Virus record (IMG/VR): IMGVR_UViG_3300042389_000724
Coordinates: 1 to 64,000 of that record
Source: a virus
Strand: one strand, 5' to 3'
DNA: 64,000 nt
Shown here: in pieces, positions 25,075 to 31,856 of the stretch
How the letters are laid out: every line of letters starts with the position of its first letter
Position numbering within the stretch: the first letter of the stretch is position 1
Position numbers and translations under genes: made by a program
The notes under the pieces: model-generated
Databases searched by the model: none
What the model saw: only the letters and a program-made list of their open reading frames with translations
Told to the model about the DNA's origin: nothing

Positions 25075-25415
25075 AAACGGTATTGTTGATAGCGGATCGA
25101 CACACATTCAGCACGGGGGTTCGAATCCCCCCGACTCCATTCAAAGATGCGCGAACGCGAAGTGACTGCATCACTCGCCTCTTCCCGCAGTCAAGTCCTC
25201 CAGTTGCAGTGGGGGCAAATATACGGGGTCGATACGGAATCGACTGGTGTGCAGTAGAGAAGCAGGAGATACCCGAGGGGTGCATCAGACCCTCGTTAAA
25301 AACACTGGCGCAACTACAAACGCCAACAGAATGGCGATGGCGGCTTGAAGCCGTGGGGACTGATCCTCCCGCATCTGAACGGATCAAGGGGAGCCGCAAG
25401 GCTCCCTTTTCTTTT
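25075..25415 (+). ncRNA. ssrA: Circularly permuted (two-piece) tmRNA
   Basis: T arm and 3' acceptor strand (GGGGG-TTCGAAT-CCCCC-CGACTCC-A, 25115-25139) lie upstream of the 5' end GGGGTCGATACGGAATCGAC (25225); G3:U70; pk1 CGAGGG/CCCTCG; tag ANRMAMAA* 25322-25348; terminator 25387-25415. Confidence 0.9.
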
Positions 25416-25444
25416 GGTCTAAATAGGGTACTGGAGGAAAAGGT

Positions 25445-26458
25445 ATGTCTGATGGATACGATGTATATTCAAAGGTAGCGCGGATGGGTTTTACGGGAGT
25501 GAACACCCCCTATAATCTATTGGATAGCGGAAATAGTCCAATTGCAAACAAATATTGGTATCATCCCGACACCATCCGATCCAAAAGCAACACAAAAGGA
25601 CTACTCGCTGTAAACACATCAGCAAATGGAATATCATTCAATGCTCACTGTTACGGTGAAGTCATGGCAGGTGTTACGAATTATTTCATGTTGAGTGAAA
25701 ACATTCAGAGTGGTCTAACATCAGACACAGCAGGATCTTCTGGTTCTCAGCCGTGGATTCTCTTTTCTTCAAATTCTGGTGGCGCAGGCTTCGCTCCTTC
25801 TGGCTCGGCGCGATGGTCGCCAATCAGAATGCCTGATGGCAGCACCAACGGAGTTCGTATGTGGGGTGTGTCTGGTGCAACAAATTCTGGAATTTTTCAA
25901 CCGATTCGTCAGCAAAACATTTTCCCGAAAGGCAAGGTGTACACCGCGTCTGTGTGGGCGTGTGGTGATTCTGGAGGCGGTGTATACACATCCACTCCCA
26001 AGTTTAGGTTTTCCTACTTTACCGATCCCCCGAACAGTGTGAGTGTATTTTCAGAAGAATTCACTCTATCGGAAACACCTACTAGGTACTCGTACACTTT
26101 CGTTTCCAATACTAATCCTGGAGTATCATATGATAATATTGCTCTATGTGCTTCGTATAATGTGGGAGGAGCAACCACACAATTGGTATTTTGGGGAGCG
26201 CAATTGTGCGATGGGAACACGGAGAACAATTACATTCCAACCAATACTGAATGGAACGGCAGACTGACTTCTATTGGAGTTGCAACGGCTGGAATCGCTG
26301 GACAAGCAGCGGCAGGAAGTCGCTATATTGAATCGTTCCCAGTGGTTGTTGGTGGAAGCAGCAGTGTTCTGCTGAACAGTGATATTATTACTGTCTCTGC
26401 AAATACTAGTGCGTCCTATACGACTCCTACAACCCTTTCAATCTACGGACTTTACTAA
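25445..26458 (+). CDS. Virion protein with an inserted carbohydrate-binding-like domain
   Basis: CTAAATA at 25419; TNY...SE, PDG, YTASVW, RYSYTF, WGAQL, YIPT pattern of phage head/tail CBM-like modules. Confidence 0.75.
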   Translation: MSDGYDVYSKVARMGFTGVNTPYNLLDSGNSPIANKYWYHPDTIRSKSNTKGLLAVNTSANGISFNAHCYGEVMAGVTNYFMLSENIQSGLTSDTAGSSGSQPWILFSSNSGGAGFAPSGSARWSPIRMPDGSTNGVRMWGVSGATNSGIFQPIRQQNIFPKGKVYTASVWACGDSGGGVYTSTPKFRFSYFTDPPNSVSVFSEEFTLSETPTRYSYTFVSNTNPGVSYDNIALCASYNVGGATTQLVFWGAQLCDGNTENNYIPTNTEWNGRLTSIGVATAGIAGQAAAGSRYIESFPVVVGGSSSVLLNSDIITVSANTSASYTTPTTLSIYGLY

Positions 26459-26479
26459 ATAGTCTAGGAGAACTCAAAA

Positions 26480-26731
26480 ATGGATATCTACCACAAGACT
26501 TCACTTATTACTTCTGGAGCATATGCTGCAACCGTTACCACACAGGTAAAGGGTGTGTTGTTTGTCAACACCAACGGTTCTCCCTCAAATGTTGACCTGT
26601 TTCCGTGGGGAGCCACTGGCGCGACTTTTTCAATGCGGATGGTTGCTGGCGCGAGTTCTTCAACCATTTTCCCAATTAAAACAAGTGGTGCGTCCTGCGC
26701 CACAGGCGTTTCAGTCTACGGACTATTTTAA
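26480..26731 (+). CDS. Small virion protein, paralogue of the termini of 25445..26458
   Basis: CTAAATA at 26455, AGGAG RBS; DIYxK...KGxLxVNT...YGL[FY]. Confidence 0.75.
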   Translation: MDIYHKTSLITSGAYAATVTTQVKGVLFVNTNGSPSNVDLFPWGATGATFSMRMVAGASSSTIFPIKTSGASCATGVSVYGLF

Positions 26732-26778
26732 TCTCATCTACCTGTTGACACGCCGCACGGAGCCGCTATACTCTGTGC

Positions 26779-26979
26779 ATGGCAAAGCGAGTCCTAGACC
26801 CAATTGACCTTGAAGCAGAACGGCAGGGTGCAGCCCTGCGGCGCGGACGGCAGCAGCAGTGCAAGCCGTTTGGTTTCAACAAGCGCACCCACAAGGAGCG
26901 CAAGGCGCGGCTTGACGGCGAGTTCCGTCAGCAGTGCCGCATCATCCGTGGAATCCGTATCATGTTGGAGCAGCAGTAA
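26779..26979 (+). CDS. Small basic protein (leaderless)
   Basis: TTGACA-N16-TATACT (26745-26772) 6 nt before the ATG. Confidence 0.7.
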   Translation: MAKRVLDPIDLEAERQGAALRRGRQQQCKPFGFNKRTHKERKARLDGEFRQQCRIIRGIRIMLEQQ

Positions 26980-27194
26980 TGCCCCGTACTTGTGACACCT
27001 GTAACTGCGTAATTCCCCCTGCGCGTCTTGAGGCTCTGCCCAACACCACCACTTGCGTGGGGTGTTCGCGGGTCACCACATTCGTGGGCTTCATGGATTG
27101 GTCGCACAAGACCGCTCCTGAACTCGTTGTCGTGAACAGTGCAGACAGTGAGAACTTGCGCCGCGCAAAACGGATCAACGCCCGAGCGCGTTGA
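26979..27194 (+). CDS. DksA/TraR C4-type zinc-finger protein
   Basis: CxxCxxxIPxARLEALPxTxxCVxC; TAATG coupling. Confidence 0.85.
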   Translation: MPRTCDTCNCVIPPARLEALPNTTTCVGCSRVTTFVGFMDWSHKTAPELVVVNSADSENLRRAKRINARAR

Positions 27195-27199
27195 AAAAA

Positions 27200-27271
27200 G
27201 CGGGTTTCGTATAGAGGCTATTACGCGGGTTTTCCAAACCCGTCACGGGAGTTCGATTCTCCCAACCCGCA
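27200..27271 (+). tRNA. tRNA-Gly(TCC)
   Basis: GCGGGTT/AACCCGC, anticodon arm CGGGT-TTTCCAA-ACCCG. Confidence 0.9.
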
Positions 27272-27287
27272 TTCAAAGGAGACACCC

Positions 27288-27530
27288 ATGACCAATGTTG
27301 ACCATCTAGACAATATCATTATGCAGATCACCACCAACCCGCACATTGAAGGAGAACCTACTCTGTGCATTCGCGGCTTGGACACGCCCGAGCAGGTGGA
27401 TACATACTGTATTGACGAGGTTGAGGAAATCATCAACCGCCTTTCGCTCTTGCTTTCCGAAATGGAAAACAAGCGCAGAATGATTGAGTTGTCCAAGTCA
27501 CCCACTCTGTGGGATGCAGCACGGGATTGA
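27288..27530 (+). CDS. Hypothetical protein
   Basis: AAGGAG RBS. Confidence 0.72.
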   Translation: MTNVDHLDNIIMQITTNPHIEGEPTLCIRGLDTPEQVDTYCIDEVEEIINRLSLLLSEMENKRRMIELSKSPTLWDAARD

Positions 27531-27537
27531 ACTATTC

Positions 27538-27610
27538 GCCTTGGTAACTCAGTTGGTAGAGTAGCGGACTTTTAATCCGCAAGTCGCGGGTTCGAACCCC
27601 GCCCAAGGCA
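27538..27610 (+). tRNA. tRNA-Lys(TTT)
   Basis: GCCTTGG/CCAAGGC-A, anticodon arm GCGGA-CTTTTAA-TCCGC. Confidence 0.95.
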
Positions 27611-27631
27611 TCTGCCTAAAGGAGACACGAA

Positions 27632-28111
27632 ATGGCAAAGAAGAAGATTACAAAGCCCGTCAGCAAACGAGTCAAAAAGACTGATTCCCCAAAATCCCGT
27701 AAGCCTCGCGCCAAGAAGCCGAAGAGCGTGGTCACCACTGAACCCGCGATCAAGACGGTTTGGAGCGAAGGCTCTGTGAACGACTTTCTTGCGGATGTTG
27801 GTGCGGTTCCCACTCCCGCTCCAGTTCATGCGGACACTCCACTAGTTCCGCCCGTGGAGTACACAAAGATCAGCGTTCCTAGCCGTCTGGACTATCTGGA
27901 CGATTCGGAAAAGCCTAATAGTTGGACTTCAGCAATTAAAGAATTGGCTGAAGACTCATCGGCTTGGCTTGACAATTTTACAGATGGTCAGTTTGAGAAA
28001 TTGAAGAATTTCGCATTCAACCATCCTCTTCTTTTTGCAATTGCTTTCTGCACTGCTCTCACGGGTGTTGCCATCGGCGTGGCTGCTGCCATGCGATATT
28101 TTAGATGGTGA
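27632..28111 (+). CDS. Lys-rich N-terminus, C-terminal TM protein
   Basis: AAGGAG RBS; histone-like basic head; LLFAIAFCTALTGVAIGVAAAM. Confidence 0.75.
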   Translation: MAKKKITKPVSKRVKKTDSPKSRKPRAKKPKSVVTTEPAIKTVWSEGSVNDFLADVGAVPTPAPVHADTPLVPPVEYTKISVPSRLDYLDDSEKPNSWTSAIKELAEDSSAWLDNFTDGQFEKLKNFAFNHPLLFAIAFCTALTGVAIGVAAAMRYFRW

Positions 28112-28144
28112 CCAATTGAAATACAGGAAAGTGGTGTCCACCTA

Positions 28145-28244
28145 TTGACACCCACCACAGACCTGCTACAATCTACTCAACGAAACGCGGAACGATGTGT
28201 GAGCCGACATCCGAAGCGTAAACTTTCAGAGGCTCAATTTGGAG
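28145..28244 (+). promoter_or_regulatory. sigma70-like promoter with a pseudoknotted 5' leader
   Basis: TTGACA-N16-TACAAT; stem GATGT/ACATC whose loop TGAGCC pairs with GGCTCA 4 nt before GGAG. Confidence 0.6.
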
Positions 28245-28252
28245 ATTTCGTT

Positions 28253-28528
28253 ATGAAGACTGCTAAGATTTCGAACCGTCGTCGCGTCCTGAACTTCCTC
28301 GCTTCTGGCAAGACCCTCACGGCTAGCCAGGCTGCCAGCAAGTTCGGCGTGAAGAACTTCCGCGCCATGATCAGCGACATCCGTTCGCAGGTTGAGGCGT
28401 TCGGCAACTGGGAGGTCACGCAGACCGTTCGCAACGGCGAGACTGCCTATGGCATGATCGACACCCATGACGGTGACCGCACCTACGGTTTCCGCCAGGA
28501 CGGTTCGCGCTACCTGATCAACGCCTAA
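28253..28528 (+). CDS. Winged helix-turn-helix DNA-binding protein
   Basis: RVLNFLASGKTLTASQAASKFGVKNFRAMISDIR; strong codon bias. Confidence 0.8.
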   Translation: MKTAKISNRRRVLNFLASGKTLTASQAASKFGVKNFRAMISDIRSQVEAFGNWEVTQTVRNGETAYGMIDTHDGDRTYGFRQDGSRYLINA

Positions 28529-28615
28529 TTCGTTGATCTGACTCATGCCCTTGGGGTGGTTGCGACCGATTGGCGCAGCCACCCCTTTGGGTTTACGCAT
28601 CAAACAAAAGGAAAA

Positions 28616-29005
28616 ATGATGAACAACAAGACTTCTATTTTCGTTTCGTATGCCCTGCTCGTTCTCGTTGGCTTTGGTGGCACGGCTCTGCTTGGTTTCA
28701 CTGGCAAGAACGGCGACACCAACGCTGTCGTGGCGTTCCTTGGCTTCTACGGCTTCCTCTGCACCACTGGCGCGTTCTATGTGCTTGGCAAGCAGAAGGC
28801 GGCTTTGGACTCTCTTGTGGAACACATCAACGAGGTGAATGATTCTCATTACAAGAATTCGGAGAGCATTCATCGCCGTCTTGATGATGGACTCGCTTCG
28901 CTTGAACGCGACACGCAGAAGCAGATGGATTCGGTGTGGCTGAACATTGACCGTCTTGAGACGGAGTTTGAAACCAGCCGCGCTTGCACTCCCTGCAAGA
29001 AGTGA
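28616..29005 (+). CDS. Two-TM membrane protein with C-terminal coiled coil
   Basis: AAGGA RBS; two hydrophobic segments. Confidence 0.75.
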   Translation: MMNNKTSIFVSYALLVLVGFGGTALLGFTGKNGDTNAVVAFLGFYGFLCTTGAFYVLGKQKAALDSLVEHINEVNDSHYKNSESIHRRLDDGLASLERDTQKQMDSVWLNIDRLETEFETSRACTPCKK

Positions 29006-29056
29006 GCAACCCCCTTTGCGGCTTGTGGGTGAAATATCCCCCAAGCCGTTTTTGAT

Positions 29057-29494
29057 ATGAACACGAAACAGATTCAGCGTCTGCTGCGGATTGCGTACCC
29101 CTTGTGCTTGGAGATTCCCCGTCCCAAGAAGCACATCTCCATCATTCTGTACAAGGGCAGAATTGAATCCATCGGTACGAATCAGTTGAAGACCCACCCC
29201 GAAGCCGTGAAGCACGGCTACCTGTTTGGTGAAATGCACTCCGAACTTGACGCATTTTTGAAACTCGGGGAGCGCAAGCGGGGACTCACCCTTTTCAATA
29301 TTCGCTTCAATCGGTTTGGACAGATGCGTATGTCCCGTCCGTGCTTTCGCTGTATGCCGTGGTGCGTGGGGTGCTTTGACGAGATTTGGTATACCACAGA
29401 CGAAGGTGTTTTGCTTCACGGTGACGGACTGCTACCTATAAATACAGGTAGCATCAAGGAGATTCTAAATGAAAAAGTTCACACAGTATCTTGA
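29057..29494 (+). CDS. Cytidine/deoxycytidylate deaminase-like zinc protein
   Basis: MHSELDA and SRPCFRC, matching the HxE...PCxxC signature. Confidence 0.82.
   Translation: MNTKQIQRLLRIAYPLCLEIPRPKKHISIILYKGRIESIGTNQLKTHPEAVKHGYLFGEMHSELDAFLKLGERKRGLTLFNIRFNRFGQMRMSRPCFRCMPWCVGCFDEIWYTTDEGVLLHGDGLLPINTGSIKEILNEKVHTVS
29437..29444 (+). promoter_or_regulatory. T4 late promoter TATAAATA
   Basis: Perfect consensus 24 nt before 29469. Confidence 0.7.
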
Positions 29495-30320
29495 TACGCG
29501 CGGTCTACAGGAGGCACTGTCCCACAAGGAAGCCACCGAGGTTTCGCTTGTCGAAGCCAAACTGTCCCGCGTGTTTCAATATGTGGAAGACGACAAGAAG
29601 GACTTTGGCATCGTCAGCGCGTTCCGTGGTACGAACTCCGACAAGGAGAACAAGGCTCGTCACGAAGAACTAAAGAAGATGGTTCGTCAGATGGGCTACG
29701 GATTCATTGAACTCCGTGGTGGATACAAGGGTGATGAAGGCTATGTGGAGGAATTGAGTCTCCTCATTCCGAACATCACGAAGAAGGGTATCGTGGATCT
29801 TGGTCGCAATTTCCAACAGCACTCTGTGATGTACAAGAACGATCAGGACTTCTATTACATTGGCACAAACGAAGAGGCTGGCGTTGGCAAGGTTCTCATG
29901 CGCTTCAAGAAGGGTGCTGGACAGGACAATCTTGAACTTGCCAAGCACAAGGTCATTGACTTCTTCTCTAGCCTGAAGAAGGGACCGCACAGCGACACGA
30001 AGTTCGTGTTCAATGTAAAGGACGAAACCCCACAGCAGAAGGCACAGGGCAAGGAAGCAGAAGCCCGCGTTGCCCAACGCCACCGTCCAGGCGACATCTG
30101 GAAGACATCCAGTGGCTTGTGGGGCGGAATGGATGACCAAGGCAACTACGAGTATTTTGATGACGAACAGTCTGCTCGTAGGTTCTCAAAGAAACACCGC
30201 AAGGGATATCGCATCCAAGAGCGCGAAGAGTGGAATTTCGCAAAGGCTGCGTACTTGCGTAGAGGCGAAGACCCCAAGTGGATCACAATCTACGAGGATT
30301 CCACCGAAGACCACGACTAA
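29469..30320 (+). CDS. Conserved phage protein, probable internal head protein
   Basis: MKKFTQYL...LQE...LVE leader; GIVSAFRG...N...L...GYG...GGY...E.S...G..FQQ.SV core. Confidence 0.75.
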   Translation: MKKFTQYLDTRGLQEALSHKEATEVSLVEAKLSRVFQYVEDDKKDFGIVSAFRGTNSDKENKARHEELKKMVRQMGYGFIELRGGYKGDEGYVEELSLLIPNITKKGIVDLGRNFQQHSVMYKNDQDFYYIGTNEEAGVGKVLMRFKKGAGQDNLELAKHKVIDFFSSLKKGPHSDTKFVFNVKDETPQQKAQGKEAEARVAQRHRPGDIWKTSSGLWGGMDDQGNYEYFDDEQSARRFSKKHRKGYRIQEREEWNFAKAAYLRRGEDPKWITIYEDSTEDHD

Positions 30321-30337
30321 ATAAGTCGGAGGAGTAA

Positions 30338-30445
30338 ATGAAAAAAGATACTGCTAGGACAGCATTGAAAAAATCACTGCTGCGGAACGCTGTGCAAAAT
30401 ATACGGCGTGAAATAGTGGATCGCAAGAAGGGTCAAAAGAAATAA
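30338..30445 (+). CDS. Small basic protein, 35 aa
   Basis: GGAGGAG RBS after CTAAATA; MKKDTARTALKKSLLRNAVQNIRREIVDRKKGQKK. Confidence 0.55.
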   Translation: MKKDTARTALKKSLLRNAVQNIRREIVDRKKGQKK

Positions 30446-30514
30446 TCGTATAGCATCGTGTGGCATTGATCTTCTCGTCTGTTCTGATACAATCATGTGT
30501 GAAAGGAGTTCGTA

Positions 30515-30967
30515 ATGAACTTTAGCACTCTCGTTTCGTCTGTCGTGGTTAGTCTCGCTCTCTCGTCTGCTGCCTCGGCGCAGTGGAGCAGCGGCGGCTT
30601 TAGTGTCGGCGTTGGTGGTTCGTACAACAAGACTACCCTGCCCAATGGTCAGTCCATCACCAACAACAACCTCAATTGGGGTGTTGGTCTTGGTGGATCG
30701 TCTTTTAACACCCCATATGGTGGCTACGGCATGGGTGGCTACGGCGGTGGTTGGGGCTACGGCATGGGTGGCTACGGCGGTGGTTGGGGTTACGGCGGTG
30801 GGTGTGGCTACGGTGGCGCGATGGTTCTGCCGTACTATGGCGGGGGCTGCTACCCGACTGTGGTTCCGTACTCGCCGTTCACCCGCTGCTACGCGACTCC
30901 CATGTACACTCCGCAGTATCCTTGCGTTCCCGCTGCGGCTCTTCCGCAGGCTCCGATTTGCTGGTAA
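30515..30967 (+). CDS. Secreted Gly/Tyr-rich low-complexity protein
   Basis: Promoter TTGATC-N16-TACAAT, AAGGAG RBS, signal peptide ending ASA, GYGMGGYGGGW repeated twice. Confidence 0.8.
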   Translation: MNFSTLVSSVVVSLALSSAASAQWSSGGFSVGVGGSYNKTTLPNGQSITNNNLNWGVGLGGSSFNTPYGGYGMGGYGGGWGYGMGGYGGGWGYGGGCGYGGAMVLPYYGGGCYPTVVPYSPFTRCYATPMYTPQYPCVPAAALPQAPICW

Positions 30968-31017
30968 TAGGAATACAATGAAGAATCATACTATTAGATT
31001 TTGGTAATGCCTATCCC

Positions 31018-31219
31018 TTCCTGCACCGATGATCACGGTCGGCTGATCCCCATCAAACGCAGGAAAAAGCCAACGGTACTTGTATTCTTATGAATACAAT
31101 GTATGCGCGGAACGCAAGAGAAGATTGGGCTTCTTGCGGCGGTGACTTCAGAGTACCGTGGCACACAGCACTCATCTGAAAATGGTTCGGCGGCTCCATT
31201 CAAAAGCCGCCGCTTTTTT
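31018..31219 (+). ncRNA. Candidate multi-helix ncRNA heading the tRNA cluster
   Basis: TTCCTGC/GCAGGAA domain; GCCAACGGTACT/AGTACCGTGGC enclosing TGTATTC/GAATACA and CGCAAGA/TCTTGCG hairpins; GGCGGC/GCCGCC plus T6. Confidence 0.5.
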
Positions 31220-31308
31220 GCGTAGTCAGCGTCCAGGCTGCTAGGGTCACCTACTTGCAAGGGGTGATCTGATACAGAGCAACAGAGGTGCAAGTCCTCC
31301 GCTACGCT
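31220..31308 (+). ncRNA. tRNA-like RNA with an extended central stem
   Basis: GCGTAGT/GCTACGC acceptor, GAGG-TGCAAGT-CCTC T arm, GGTCACC/GGTGATC stem with CTTGCAA loop. Confidence 0.55.
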
Positions 31309-31311
31309 TTC

Positions 31312-31384
31312 GGTCCTGTCGTCTAGTTGGCTAGGATACCGCCCTTTCACGGCGAGAACACGGGTTCGAATCCCGTCAGGATCA
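31312..31384 (+). tRNA. tRNA-Glu(TTC)
   Basis: GGTCCTG/CAGGATC, CGCC-CTTTCAC-GGCG. Confidence 0.93.
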
Positions 31385-31389
31385 CTTCG

Positions 31390-31478
31390 GGACAGGTGGC
31401 AGAGTGGTCGAATGCGGCGGTTTGCTAAATCGCTGAAGGCAGATATGTCTTCCGAAGGTTCGAATCCTTCCTTGTCCG
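31390..31478 (+). tRNA. tRNA-Ser(GCT)
   Basis: GGACAGG/CTTGTCC-G, GCGGT-TTGCTAA-ATCGC, long variable arm. Confidence 0.93.
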
Positions 31479-31479
31479 T

Positions 31480-31550
31480 TCCCTTGTTGTGTAAAGGTAG
31501 CACAGGAGATTTTGATTCTTCTAGTCTTGGTTCGAATCCAAGCGAGGGAA
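31480..31550 (+). tRNA. tRNA-Gln(TTG)
   Basis: TCCCTTG/CGAGGGA, GGAGA-TTTTGAT-TCTTC. Confidence 0.9.
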
Positions 31551-31551
31551 C

Positions 31552-31623
31552 GCCACCTTAGCACAGCGGCAGTGCAGCGGTTTTGTAAACCGCAGGTCAT
31601 CGGTTCGAATCCGATAGGTGGCT
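31552..31623 (+). tRNA. tRNA-Thr(TGT)
   Basis: GCCACCT/AGGTGGC, GCGGT-TTTGTAA-ACCGC. Confidence 0.95.
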
Positions 31624-31667
31624 TTGTTAAGGGACTGTTCAAGCACAAGCGCGGATGAACATAGGGT

Positions 31668-31856
31668 ATGGAAACACTGCAACTCACATCACTGGGAATC
31701 GGAGTAGTCGCCGCCGCCGTTGCGGGTCTACTGAAATTTTACAGCATCGCGTATTCGCGTGGCTATGAGGACGGCAAGCACTGTGGCTTCACCGAAGGTC
31801 TGTATCGTGCTGCACAGCGGGAAGCGCGTAAGACTCGCATATTACAGAGTGTCTAG
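31668..31856 (+). CDS. Small membrane protein
   Basis: N-terminal TM helix, then GYEDG/GFTEG repeats. Confidence 0.65.
   Translation: METLQLTSLGIGVVAAAVAGLLKFYSIAYSRGYEDGKHCGFTEGLYRAAQREARKTRILQSV

Noticed and set aside
25083-25478. ORFs 25083..25478 (+) and 25001..25399 (-)
   Set aside because: They coincide with the tmRNA and its terminator.
28226-29419. 397-aa minus-strand ORF
   Set aside because: Overlaps three well-supported plus-strand genes in antisense.
31033-31687. Minus-strand ORFs over the tRNA cluster
   Set aside because: Antisense translations of tRNA genes.
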